Shown here piece by piece: positions 17,315-26,759 of a stretch of DNA of 64,000 nt; position 1 is the stretch's first letter, and each line of letters begins with the position of its first letter. Position numbers and translations under genes: made by a program. Under the pieces are notes generated by a model that was not told the DNA's origin, did no database searches, and worked only from the letters and a program-made list of their open reading frames with translations. The stretch covers positions 1 through 64,000 of IMG/VR virus record IMGVR_UViG_3300027833_000001; one strand, written 5' to 3'. This stretch comes from a virus.

Positions 17315-18190
17315 ATGAAAATTGGATCAGACACAACCTTTGATGTATTGCGCGAAGGCGATGATATTGAACACCACAGAAACACCGTGCATGAATATGC
17401 TCAAGGATGGTGGGTAAACAAAGACGATGATATTCCTGGTGTTAAGGAAGCTATTCGATATTCAAATAAACGTGCATTAAAATTCAAAGAGCCTTATGTG
17501 ACTCCATGGTTTTCTACTGACGCTGAAGATGTGTGGTTAAAAAATATGGAAGAAAAACCAGAAATAATGGCAGACTATGGTTGGGCAGATCCAGATAATC
17601 AAATCATCTACAACTTCAATTCAAATGGATTTAGAGATGAAGAACTCACCGACTACGATGATTGTTGGCTTGCTGTAGGAGAATGTTTTACTTTTGGTTC
17701 AGGACTGCATGACGAAAATATCTGGGTAAGAAGAGTTGAAAAACATTTTGGTACAAAAATTTGGAATTTAGCACACTGTACAACTGGATTTGATTATACT
17801 TTTAGAGTAATTTTAGGGTTACTAGATGAATTGAAGCCATCTAAAGTATTAGTGTTAGAACCAGTTCCAATAACTCGGGAAGTTTATGTAGACGGTAAAC
17901 CAGAATGGCCAGGGGATTGGTCAGACGATCACTGGATGAGAAATATTGCTGGTGACAAAGTAGAACGCTATGTTTCCAGAGTAAAAAATTATTTTGCATT
18001 GAAGCATTTTTTAGAATCACGAGGAGTAGAACTTGTTTTCGTATCCTCAGATGAAAGACATAACATGGCAATGCAATCATGGGAAGAAAAGAGTAGTGGT
18101 TTCGGTGCGGCAGCCAGAGATTTGATGCATCCGGGAAATCACTTTCACGAATTATTATTACAACATTGGAAGAAAAAACTTGGAGAATAA
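17315..18190 (+). CDS. SGNH-like protein (Cys at the catalytic Ser position)
   Basis: NSNGFR, VGECFTFG, WNLA and RDLMHPG. Confidence 0.55.
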   Translation: MKIGSDTTFDVLREGDDIEHHRNTVHEYAQGWWVNKDDDIPGVKEAIRYSNKRALKFKEPYVTPWFSTDAEDVWLKNMEEKPEIMADYGWADPDNQIIYNFNSNGFRDEELTDYDDCWLAVGECFTFGSGLHDENIWVRRVEKHFGTKIWNLAHCTTGFDYTFRVILGLLDELKPSKVLVLEPVPITREVYVDGKPEWPGDWSDDHWMRNIAGDKVERYVSRVKNYFALKHFLESRGVELVFVSSDERHNMAMQSWEEKSSGFGAAARDLMHPGNHFHELLLQHWKKKLGE

Positions 18191-18194
18191 ATTA

Positions 18195-18467
18195 ATGAAG
18201 AAGAATGATATAATTTCAGTAGTGACAGCGGCAGGTGAGTTTATTGGTAAATTTGAGGATGAAGACACTTCAAGATTAACTATCAATGATCCTCGTATGC
18301 TGATCAATACACCAGAAGGTATGGGATTTGCTAGAGGTGTTTGTGTGAGTGGCGTAGAAAATCCTAATTCAATGGCTTTTTACACAGGTGGTATCGTTTT
18401 CGTTGCGCCCACAAATGAAGACATTCAGAAGTCATATAGACAAGCAGTTAGCGGCATAATCACATAG
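18195..18467 (+). CDS. Small beta-rich (Sm-like) conserved phage protein
   Basis: DIISVVTAAGEFIGKF..INDPR; SD GGAG. Confidence 0.6.
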   Translation: MKKNDIISVVTAAGEFIGKFEDEDTSRLTINDPRMLINTPEGMGFARGVCVSGVENPNSMAFYTGGIVFVAPTNEDIQKSYRQAVSGIIT

Positions 18468-18478
18468 GGTAGATACAC

Positions 18479-20278
18479 ATGGCAAAGCAAGAATATTTAG
18501 GACTACAGATAGATCCATCGCGGGATAGTCTATTCGATAAACTGGGACTGGCGCGACTGAAAGAAAGTTATATGCGGGATGACGAAGATAGTCCTCAACA
18601 GAGATTTGCCTATGTAAGTAAGCAGTTCGCTAGTAATCCAGAACACGCGCAAAGATTGTATGAATATAGCAGTAAGCATTGGCTATCATACTCTACACCA
18701 ATTCTATCTTATGGTAAATCAAAGAAAGGTATGCCAATATCATGCTTTTTAAATTACATCAACGACACTGCGGAGGGATTGGTTGAGAATTTATCGGAAA
18801 CAAACTGGCTTAGTATGCTCGGCGGTGGTGTGGGGATCGGTTTTGGTATCCGTGCTGCCGATGACAAATCTGTTGGCGTCATGCCTCATCTTAAAACCTA
18901 CGACTCAAGTAGTCTCGCATATCGACAAGGAAAAACTAGACGAGGAAGTTATGCCGCATACCTCGATATCAGTCATCCAGACATTACCATGTTTTTGGAA
19001 ATGCGTAAAGGCACCGGTGATCAGAATGTTCGATGTTTGAATCTGCACCACGGTGTCAATGTAACAGATCGATTTATGGATGTCATAGAACGATGTATGT
19101 TGGACCCCGAGGCTGATGATGGTTGGAATCTATGTGACCCACACACGGGTGAAGTCAGAGAGACAGTATCAGCAAAAGCATTATGGCAAAGAATATTAGA
19201 AATGCGAATGGAAACTGGTGAACCCTACATTCACTACATCGATACTAGTAACAGACATTTGAATCAGTTTCAAAAAGATTTGGGACTAAAGATACACCAG
19301 AGTAATCTATGCTCAGAGATTATCTTACCTACAAACAAAGACAGAACAGCCGTATGCTGTTTATCATCTGTCAACTTAGAACACTATGACGCTTGGAGTA
19401 AGGATAGCTTATTTCTAAGAGACATGGCTGAAATGTTGGACAATGTATTGCAATTCTTTATTGATAATGCACCAGCTGAAGTGAGTCGAGCAGTATTTTC
19501 GGCAACACAAGAGCGTAGTATTGGCATAGGTGCCTTAGGCTTTCACGCTTACTTACAGAAGAAAGGACTACCATGGGAAAGCGCACTAACAACTGGTGCT
19601 AATCTCAGGATGTTCAAACTAATAAGGAGTAGATTAGATGAAGCAAACATTCAACTTGGCACGGAACGAGGTGAAGCTATTGATGCAAGAGGCACCGGAA
19701 GACGGTTTAGTCATGTTATGGCTATTGCTCCCAATGCTAGTAGTAGCATTATTATGGGAAACACTTCTCCGTCTATTGAACCCTATCGTGCAAATGCTTA
19801 CAGACAGGATACCATCAGTGGAGCGTTTCTCAATAAGAATAAGCATTTGGATATCCTTATTAAGGATAAAATTAAAGATGATCCTAAGCTGGACTATGAA
19901 GAAATTTGGTCGTCAATAATTGCCAATGATGGATCAGCACAGCACCTCAAATGTCTTGATGAAAATGAGAAGTTAGTGTATAAGACTGCAATGGAGATAG
20001 ACCAGAGATGGGTGATTGAACACGCATCAAAACGTCAAGCATTTATCGACCAAGCACAGTCACTTAACCTGTTCTTTAGACCTGATGTAAATATCAAGTA
20101 CCTTCATGCAGTACATTTCCTAGCATGGAAACAAGGACTGAAGACATTATATTATTGCCGTTCAGAGAAACTTGGTAAAGCCGATAAGGTAGCCAATCGA
20201 ATTGAGCGCAGAATTACGAAAGAACTTGACATGACCGCACTAGCAAATGACGAAGAATGTCTGGCATGTGAAGGTTGA
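18479..20278 (+). CDS. nrdA: Ribonucleotide reductase class I alpha subunit (short, no ATP cone)
   Basis: PISCFL, QSNLCSEI, AVCCL, IAPNASSS, IDQAQSLN, KTLYY and C-terminal CLAC. Confidence 0.95.
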   Translation: MAKQEYLGLQIDPSRDSLFDKLGLARLKESYMRDDEDSPQQRFAYVSKQFASNPEHAQRLYEYSSKHWLSYSTPILSYGKSKKGMPISCFLNYINDTAEGLVENLSETNWLSMLGGGVGIGFGIRAADDKSVGVMPHLKTYDSSSLAYRQGKTRRGSYAAYLDISHPDITMFLEMRKGTGDQNVRCLNLHHGVNVTDRFMDVIERCMLDPEADDGWNLCDPHTGEVRETVSAKALWQRILEMRMETGEPYIHYIDTSNRHLNQFQKDLGLKIHQSNLCSEIILPTNKDRTAVCCLSSVNLEHYDAWSKDSLFLRDMAEMLDNVLQFFIDNAPAEVSRAVFSATQERSIGIGALGFHAYLQKKGLPWESALTTGANLRMFKLIRSRLDEANIQLGTERGEAIDARGTGRRFSHVMAIAPNASSSIIMGNTSPSIEPYRANAYRQDTISGAFLNKNKHLDILIKDKIKDDPKLDYEEIWSSIIANDGSAQHLKCLDENEKLVYKTAMEIDQRWVIEHASKRQAFIDQAQSLNLFFRPDVNIKYLHAVHFLAWKQGLKTLYYCRSEKLGKADKVANRIERRITKELDMTALANDEECLACEG

Positions 20279-20292
20279 TAGTTTCGACTTTT

Positions 20293-20910
20293 ATGAAATT
20301 ATACATATCAGTACCAGCAGAAAAAAGAATTGCAGTAGTTGTTTCTGGTGGTTGGGATAGCGCCTGTCTTTGGTATATGGTAAAGAGTATTTGTCTCAAA
20401 AGAGGACAAGAATGTACTGCTTACACCGTACCTAAAATAGATGGCGCTGAACATTATGCCAACCTCGTATTGAAATGGGCAAGTGAGAAGTTAGGATATG
20501 GATTTGAGCCTACCCGCATTGTCGGTAAGATAACCTCAGAAAATCCTTCAGACTACGTAACGAGTGGCGCACATGAAATTTTTGATAAGGGATACGCAGA
20601 CTATCTCTTTAATGGAATGAATGCATACCCACCAAATCAAAGGGAAATGATGCCATCTGGCTATCCAATGCCCAATGATAGGTTTACACCAACAGAGAAT
20701 GAACGTAAATATGTAGGACATCCGTTCGCAGATTTAACAAAAGATCAGACCATACAGTTAGGCTTTGAATTAGGCATAGCAGAAGATATTATGCCTATTA
20801 CACATAGCTGTACAGAACAAGATCGTGGTCGATGTAATGATTGTTGGTGGTGCAAGGAGCGTGAATGGGGTTTTAATCAAATAGGCAAAAAGGACAAAGG
20901 AAATGAGTAA
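20293..20910 (+). CDS. QueC-like PP-loop ATPase
   Basis: VSGGWDS PP-loop, HPFADLTK and THSC..RCNDCWWCKER zinc motif. Confidence 0.7.
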   Translation: MKLYISVPAEKRIAVVVSGGWDSACLWYMVKSICLKRGQECTAYTVPKIDGAEHYANLVLKWASEKLGYGFEPTRIVGKITSENPSDYVTSGAHEIFDKGYADYLFNGMNAYPPNQREMMPSGYPMPNDRFTPTENERKYVGHPFADLTKDQTIQLGFELGIAEDIMPITHSCTEQDRGRCNDCWWCKEREWGFNQIGKKDKGNE

Positions 20911-21115
20911 AGTTTTAATTAAGAGCAGGGATGATTGCCGTTATTGTAGTGATGCGAAAATGTTTTTAGAAGGCATGGAAGTAGAGTACGAAGAACAGCA
21001 CCAAGCAGAGGGAACAGTCCCCCAAATCTCCATTGGAGATTACCAAATAGGCGGATATAACGACCTAGTGGAGTTCGCCACAACAAACGATTTTGATCAA
21101 CTAATTAACCAATAA
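20903..21115 (+). CDS. nrdC: Glutaredoxin
   Basis: CRYC, TVPQI and IGGY; lies between nrdA and nrdB. Confidence 0.9.
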   Translation: MSKVLIKSRDDCRYCSDAKMFLEGMEVEYEEQHQAEGTVPQISIGDYQIGGYNDLVEFATTNDFDQLINQ

Positions 21116-21126
21116 GGAAGCAATAA

Positions 21127-22107
21127 ATGTCACCAAAGCTAGGACTTCAGGACAAGAGAGAGTATTTTAAACCATTTAACTACCCATGGGCGTATGATGC
21201 ATGGCTTAAACATGAGCAATCACATTGGTTGCACACTGAAGTTCCAATGTCAGAAGATGTAAAAGACTGGAAGAATAAACTGACTGACTCAGAGAAGGGA
21301 TTCCTTACAAACATCTTTAGATTCTTTACTCAGGGTGATATCGATGTAGCAAGTGGATACGTAGATAACTATCTACCACACTTTCCACAACCAGAAGTAA
21401 GAATGATGCTTATGGGTTTTGCCGCACGGGAAGCACTCCACGTAGCCGCGTATAGTCATTTGATTGAGACTCTTGGTATGCCAGAGTCAACTTACAATGA
21501 GTTTCTTGAATATCAAGCCATGGCAGACAAGCACGAATACTTTAAAGAACTCTCAGCCGCAAATGGTGACAGAGCAAGCATCGCTACCAACATTGCGGCA
21601 TTCAGTGCATTCACTGAGGGTATGCAGTTGTTCTCCTCATTCATTATGCTACTGAACTTCCCAAGACATGGTAAGATGAAGGGTATGGGGCAGATCATTA
21701 CATGGTCAATCGTAGATGAGACAATGCACGCCGAGTCCATGATCAAGTTGTTTAGATCGTACATCGATGAGAACTTGGACATCTGGAACGATGATACAAA
21801 GGGCAAGATATACACTATAGCTGAAAAGATGGTAGAACTTGAAGATAAGTTCATCGACTTAGCATTTGCTATGGGTCCAATGGAAGGGTTGACCTCAGAA
21901 GAAGTCAAAAAGTATATCAGATATATTGCTGACCGTAGATTGATTAGTTTAGGCATGAGAGGAATCTTCAAAGTTAAGAAGAATCCAGTGCCATGGGTAG
22001 AAGAGATGATCAATGCTCCTACTCATACAAATTTCTTTGAGAACAGAAGCACAGACTACGCCCGTGGCGCCCTTGGCGGTGATTGGGCAGATGTGTGGGC
22101 AGCCTAA
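21127..22107 (+). CDS. nrdB: Ribonucleotide reductase class Ia beta subunit
   Basis: FFTQGD, EALHVAAY, FTEG, DETMH and NFFE..TDY. Confidence 0.95.
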   Translation: MSPKLGLQDKREYFKPFNYPWAYDAWLKHEQSHWLHTEVPMSEDVKDWKNKLTDSEKGFLTNIFRFFTQGDIDVASGYVDNYLPHFPQPEVRMMLMGFAAREALHVAAYSHLIETLGMPESTYNEFLEYQAMADKHEYFKELSAANGDRASIATNIAAFSAFTEGMQLFSSFIMLLNFPRHGKMKGMGQIITWSIVDETMHAESMIKLFRSYIDENLDIWNDDTKGKIYTIAEKMVELEDKFIDLAFAMGPMEGLTSEEVKKYIRYIADRRLISLGMRGIFKVKKNPVPWVEEMINAPTHTNFFENRSTDYARGALGGDWADVWAA

Positions 22108-22275
22108 ATGAAGAAGCTATCTTATCTCTGGAAAATCTGGGCAATGTCTTTAGGTGAGAAAGCATCTGAAGACTCTAAGGAAGCCGATAGAGTAGCCCTC
22201 ATACGTACAGTTGTAGTACTTGTTAATTTCATCACTTGTTTTTTTATTATTGCAGGAAATATACATAATTGGTAA
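22108..22275 (+). CDS. Small membrane protein, 55 aa (not in ORF track)
   Basis: Hand translation MKKLSYLWKIWAMSLGEKASEDSKEADRVALIRTVVVLVNFITCFFIIAGNIHNW; abuts the nrdB stop. Confidence 0.7.
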   Translation: MKKLSYLWKIWAMSLGEKASEDSKEADRVALIRTVVVLVNFITCFFIIAGNIHNW

Positions 22276-22282
22276 CATACAT

Positions 22283-22693
22283 ATGAACGAGAAGTACATT
22301 AAGTATTTTCACACTATTGCTTTAGAGACAGCAATGCTCTCTACCGCTACAAAGCTAAAGGTAGGGTGCATTATCGTAAAAGGTACTCGCATCCTATCTA
22401 TTGGCTACAATGGCACACCAGCTGGCTGGGATAACGAATGTGAAGTAAACGGAAAGACCAAGCCAGAAGTACTCCATGCAGAAGCAAATGCATTGATGAA
22501 ACTGGCACAGTCAACGGAAAGTTCAAAAGATGCGGTATTGTTCATCACGCATTTTCCCTGTATAGAATGTGCTAAACTAATTTACCAAGCAGGCATATCT
22601 AAAGTTTATTATGGACAATTTTATGAAGCATCGAAAGGATGCGGTGAATCTTTTTTAAAGAAGGCAGGGATAGAACTATATGCAAAAACCTAA
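22283..22693 (+). CDS. cd: dCMP deaminase
   Basis: SIGYNGTP, LHAEANA and PCIECAKLI. Confidence 0.92.
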   Translation: MNEKYIKYFHTIALETAMLSTATKLKVGCIIVKGTRILSIGYNGTPAGWDNECEVNGKTKPEVLHAEANALMKLAQSTESSKDAVLFITHFPCIECAKLIYQAGISKVYYGQFYEASKGCGESFLKKAGIELYAKT

Positions 22694-22877
22694 AACATTA
22701 GAATGTATGGAATGCGATGCAGTGTTCGATATTAAACACGAAATGTCAGAAACCCATTACACACCACAATATTGCGTATTTTGTGGTGAACACTTAGAGA
22801 TCGAACTGAGTTTACCCACAGAGGATGAATTCGATGAGTTTGATGATAATTCAATTGACCTAGAACAGGAATGGTAG
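22680..22877 (+). CDS. Small zinc-ribbon protein with acidic tail
   Basis: CMEC...CVFCG. Confidence 0.7.
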   Translation: MQKPKTLECMECDAVFDIKHEMSETHYTPQYCVFCGEHLEIELSLPTEDEFDEFDDNSIDLEQEW

Positions 22878-22886
22878 GAGAAACCA

Positions 22887-23333
22887 ATGAAGGACTTTTT
22901 AAGAATAGTAGGATTTGTTATCATAGGAATGTGGATTGGTGCGGCATACGGCACACCAAATGCAGAGATTTACGATTTTCCAATCACAAGAGTTATTGAT
23001 GGAGACACCGTAGCATTTGAAGCATCATTCTTACCAGCACCATTGAAGCAAGAGTTGTCTATACGAGTATATGGAGTGGACACACCTGAGAAATCTTGGC
23101 GCGGGTCATGCGACTATGAGAAAGATTTAGGTGAGCAAGCATCCAAATTTACAGAGAATATGCTGTTTCATGGCGAGAAAGATATCAAAGTAATGATTAT
23201 GAAATGGGACAAGTTTGGTGGTAGAGTATTGGGTGATGTGATCGTTGATGGTGTGTCTCTCAGAGAAGCACTATTGGAAAATGGTTACGCAAGAGAATAT
23301 TTTGGAGACAAGAAGGAATCATGGTGTGAGTAA
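22887..23333 (+). CDS. Thermonuclease (SNase) family nuclease with N-terminal signal/TM segment
   Basis: RVIDGDT, IRVYGVDTPE, DKFGGRVLG and LLENGYA. Confidence 0.88.
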   Translation: MKDFLRIVGFVIIGMWIGAAYGTPNAEIYDFPITRVIDGDTVAFEASFLPAPLKQELSIRVYGVDTPEKSWRGSCDYEKDLGEQASKFTENMLFHGEKDIKVMIMKWDKFGGRVLGDVIVDGVSLREALLENGYAREYFGDKKESWCE

Positions 23334-23541
23334 AGGTAGCAAACAGAGACCCACTTCCAAAGAAGCCTTTGATAAGAACTACGAGATTATCTTTAACAAA
23401 AAGGCAATGGACCAATTAAAAGTCGATTTGGAAAATAGTGAGAAAAACTATAAGATCATTCAACAAGATCAAACGGAACTTAACGGTGACGGCAACAGAG
23501 AGCGTGGTAGATACGGGGAAGACGAGTCTGTAGATGAATAG
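23326..23541 (+). CDS. Small conserved phage protein
   Basis: GTG start overlapping the upstream stop; SKGSKQRP..FDKNYEIIF. Confidence 0.55.
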   Translation: MSKGSKQRPTSKEAFDKNYEIIFNKKAMDQLKVDLENSEKNYKIIQQDQTELNGDGNRERGRYGEDESVDE

Positions 23542-24316
23542 ACTCTTTACTTTTGGCTGTAGCTTTACACACTATCACTGGCAAACTTGGGTAGATTCTA
23601 TTGCAGATCAATTTGATAAAACCTATAATTGGGGTATGCCAGGTTCTGGTAATCAGTCGATAGCAATAAGACTCACACAGTGCCACAAGTCATTTAATAT
23701 TACCAAAGATGATACTGTTCTTATCATGTGGACAAATATCTCAAGAGAAGATAGATGGTCAACTAACGGTTGGGAATGTGCTGGTAACATATCATCGCCT
23801 AAACATAAAAAACTTCCAGATATTGAAGATTTACAATGGTATGCCCTAAGAGACTATTCAACGATAACAAATACAGTATGGTTGTTAAATCATTTGGGAT
23901 GTAAGCATGAAATGTATAGCATGGTACCCTATTACCAAGCAGACCAGTATGAAGATGGACCAATATATGATAGAGGTAAAACTATATCAAATGTTTTTGG
24001 AAATGAGTTAGAACAAATCAAACCAAGTGTACTAGATGTCTTATACAATGGTATATGGCCACAAGACAGAAGAGATATGCACCCTTATCCAAGTGAACAT
24101 TTAAAATATATGGACCTAGTATCATCATATACACCATCTGAATCTGCAAGAAAAATAGCATACGAACAAGATATATGGATCAAAGACAAAATAGAAAGTT
24201 TTGGTAATAGTAAGAAGATGCTAGGTGTAGATGAACTATCTAAAATTAGAGAGAATAAGAAAAACCATAGAACAGCCATGGTTGGCTTACAGCATTATGA
24301 ATTAGTATCCTACTAG
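23534..24316 (+). CDS. SGNH-like protein
   Basis: FTFGCSFT, NWGMPGSGN, IMWT..RED and RDMHP. Confidence 0.6.
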   Translation: MNRLFTFGCSFTHYHWQTWVDSIADQFDKTYNWGMPGSGNQSIAIRLTQCHKSFNITKDDTVLIMWTNISREDRWSTNGWECAGNISSPKHKKLPDIEDLQWYALRDYSTITNTVWLLNHLGCKHEMYSMVPYYQADQYEDGPIYDRGKTISNVFGNELEQIKPSVLDVLYNGIWPQDRRDMHPYPSEHLKYMDLVSSYTPSESARKIAYEQDIWIKDKIESFGNSKKMLGVDELSKIRENKKNHRTAMVGLQHYELVSY

Positions 24317-24319
24317 CAC

Positions 24320-24327
24320 TATAAATA
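24320..24327 (+). promoter_or_regulatory. T4-type late promoter TATAAATA
   Basis: Exact consensus in the gap before 24357. Confidence 0.85.
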
Positions 24328-24356
24328 GTAGTATCATTAATTATTATGGTGCTATT

Positions 24357-24695
24357 ATGGCAGTGAAGAAAAAGAAGCGCAAGGCAAAAGAACCCAAAGT
24401 ACACCGAGTGTACTGTACATATTTCCCAGACGGTAAATACTACATCGGGTACTCTTGTAAGACAGAAAAACTTTATGAAAAGTATTTTGGTAGTTCTAAG
24501 TATGTTACCGAGTACGAAGGTGATCTAAAGAAAGAGACTCTAGCAACATATACGCAAAAGTCTTATGCTAAGATGCAAGAATTTTTATTGCAATGGCAAC
24601 AGAGAGAAGACCCCAATTGCCTAAACGATATGTTGAATATCAGATTGCGAAGGAGTCACCTCTCCGATTTTAAACCAATTAAGTGGAAACCATAA
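24357..24695 (+). CDS. Short GIY-YIG (Seg-like) nuclease
   Basis: VYCTYFPDGKYYIG, YFGSS, a conserved Glu helix and LN motif. Confidence 0.6.
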   Translation: MAVKKKKRKAKEPKVHRVYCTYFPDGKYYIGYSCKTEKLYEKYFGSSKYVTEYEGDLKKETLATYTQKSYAKMQEFLLQWQQREDPNCLNDMLNIRLRRSHLSDFKPIKWKP

Positions 24696-25667
24696 ATGGC
24701 ATTTTTATTACTACTCATAACCTCAGCACTAGCAGTATCATTTGTAGCTGGCTGGTTCTCAATTGTAGGATTGATGGCTATATTTCCAACAGCCGCATTC
24801 TCTATCATGGTTATGGGCATTGTATTAGAGATAGCAAAACTAGTAACCGCTTCTTGGTTGTATCGTAACTGGCAAAAAGCTGGTTATATCATGCGTACAT
24901 ATTTCACAACAGCAGTCATAGTTTTATCAGTAATAACCTCAATGGGTATCTTCGGATATCTTTCTAAAGCACACATCGAACAGACCGTATTGACGGGAGG
25001 TGGCAATGCCTTACAAATCTCCAATTTGGAAAGAAAGATTGTTGTTGAAGAGAATAAGATTACAACAGCACAGCGCCAAACTGACCAGCTTAATACGGCA
25101 GTTGAAACCCTCATTGACTACGATAGAATACGAGGTAGGGGTGGTGCTACAGCGTTACGTAAAGCACAAGAACCAGAAAGGGCATCGCTCAGTCAGTCAA
25201 TTGACACATCGATAGAGACAATTGAGACATACCAAGAAGAACTATTACCACTCAAGACAAGTAAAATACTACTGGAAGCAGAGGTAGGTCCCCTAAAGTA
25301 CATAGCAGAATTAATATATGGTGAATCTAGTACAGAAGTACTTGACAGGGCTGTGAGATTTGTTATAATGATGCTTGTATTTGTATTTGATCCATTGGCA
25401 ATCCTGCTTGTGATCGCGGCTAACATGAATATTATGGAGCGTAGAGGTGAAAGCATTACTTTTATTGGCGAAAAAGATTTTGAGAAAACTGAAGAAAATT
25501 TCGGAATTGGACCCGAATCACCCAGACCCCCGCCTACATTTACTGGGAATTCAGAAGAACAACCCTCATTTACCGAAGATGACACAGAGCAGTTCAAGCG
25601 ACTCGACCGAGGTCTGAGGAAAAAGATGGAATGGATAATAGACAAGAAACCTGAAGAAAAGACTTGA
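24696..25667 (+). CDS. Multi-pass membrane protein with coiled-coil insert
   Basis: Three N-terminal TM helices, coiled coil, EVGPLKYIA and C-terminal TM VFDPLAILL. Confidence 0.75.
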   Translation: MAFLLLLITSALAVSFVAGWFSIVGLMAIFPTAAFSIMVMGIVLEIAKLVTASWLYRNWQKAGYIMRTYFTTAVIVLSVITSMGIFGYLSKAHIEQTVLTGGGNALQISNLERKIVVEENKITTAQRQTDQLNTAVETLIDYDRIRGRGGATALRKAQEPERASLSQSIDTSIETIETYQEELLPLKTSKILLEAEVGPLKYIAELIYGESSTEVLDRAVRFVIMMLVFVFDPLAILLVIAANMNIMERRGESITFIGEKDFEKTEENFGIGPESPRPPPTFTGNSEEQPSFTEDDTEQFKRLDRGLRKKMEWIIDKKPEEKT

Positions 25668-25692
25668 CAAGTGGTTAATATGGTGCTATACT
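25664..25692 (+). promoter_or_regulatory. Sigma70-type promoter
   Basis: TTGACA-17-TATACT with extended TG. Confidence 0.8.
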
Positions 25693-25718
25693 AAGTCAAA
25701 ATATAGCGAGGTTTATAT

Positions 25719-26042
25719 ATGATGAATTTTAGTGGTTCTTTACGCTATGATATGAACGGTCGTAAGCGTAAAGCATACAAGAAGAACAACCCAACTGTTA
25801 AGAAAGCAAAGCCCATCAAATCTACTAAAGAATTAGTACAGAATCCCATACAACAGCGTATTGAAGATGAGCGTAAGAAGTATCCATCTATGAACGATAT
25901 GCACGGCACTGGTGGTCAGAAGAATCACCTATGGGAAAAAGAGAAGCTGGATATCAGTCAAGGCTACACTGTAGCACCTGCATATAACAAGGGTGCTTAT
26001 CAAGTGATAGGCAAATCAAGCATCAAGGACATTGGCAAATGA
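25719..26042 (+). CDS. Conserved T4-like basic protein
   Basis: YTVAPAYNKGAYQVI motif; SD GAGG. Confidence 0.65.
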   Translation: MMNFSGSLRYDMNGRKRKAYKKNNPTVKKAKPIKSTKELVQNPIQQRIEDERKKYPSMNDMHGTGGQKNHLWEKEKLDISQGYTVAPAYNKGAYQVIGKSSIKDIGK

Positions 26043-26455
26043 TAGTAGGATTTACCTGCTCGGCATTTGATCTGCTTCATGCAGGACACGTACAAATGTT
26101 AAGAGATGCAAAACAACAATGTGAATTTCTGGTGTGTGGATTACAAGTTGATCCTCGTATCGACAGACCAGAGAAGAATAGCCCAATCCAATCCGTAGTG
26201 GAGAGGTATACTCAATTGAAGGCTATTCGCTATGTGGATGAAATAATTCCATATAGTACTGAAAAAGACTTAGAGGACATATTATCCATGTATTCATTGG
26301 ATGTAAGAATTCTAGGGGAAGAGTATAGAGAAAAGGACTTTACAGGTAAAGATATCTGCAAACAGCGTGATATCACCCTGTATTTTAATAAGCGGGATCA
26401 CCGCTTTTCAACCAGCGACCTACGTAGTCGCGTATGTACAGAAGGAATTATATAA
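26039..26455 (+). CDS. tagD: Glycerol-3-phosphate cytidylyltransferase-like
   Basis: AFDLLHAGH, RYVDEII and R..STS. Confidence 0.8.
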   Translation: MIVGFTCSAFDLLHAGHVQMLRDAKQQCEFLVCGLQVDPRIDRPEKNSPIQSVVERYTQLKAIRYVDEIIPYSTEKDLEDILSMYSLDVRILGEEYREKDFTGKDICKQRDITLYFNKRDHRFSTSDLRSRVCTEGII

Positions 26456-26691
26456 TGACAAAAGATAACTATGTGAAACAGTTGCAATCAGGCACTAAGA
26501 AAATTACATTCACGAAAGTGGATGGGACTCAACGTGTGATGAATGCGACTCTAGACCCTGCTGTGTTGTCCAAAATGTACGGTGAGCAAATCACTGCTAC
26601 TCAGCGCAATGACACAACTCTTACCGTATTTGATACGGATAAGCAGGACTGGCGCGCCATGAGATTAGAATCAATTCAATCTTTTGAATAA
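26455..26691 (+). CDS. SH3/WYL_2-like small protein (DUF2693-like)
   Basis: TFTKVDGTQRVMNATL..VFDTDKQDWRAMR. Confidence 0.7.
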   Translation: MTKDNYVKQLQSGTKKITFTKVDGTQRVMNATLDPAVLSKMYGEQITATQRNDTTLTVFDTDKQDWRAMRLESIQSFE

Positions 26692-26697
26692 AAAGAC

Positions 26698-26726
26698 TTG
26701 ACATTTGGTCGGACTCCTGTTAATAT
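26698..26726 (+). promoter_or_regulatory. Sigma70-type promoter overlapping an SD-sequestering inverted repeat
   Basis: TTGACA-17-TAATAT with extended TG. Confidence 0.65.
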
Positions 26727-26759
26727 ATACTAATACAAAATATAAACAGGAGTCCTATC

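Noticed and set aside
18479-22107. Intron or intein in nrdA/nrdB
   Set aside because: Both ORFs are continuous and compact with all motifs; the gap between them is filled by QueC-like and glutaredoxin genes.
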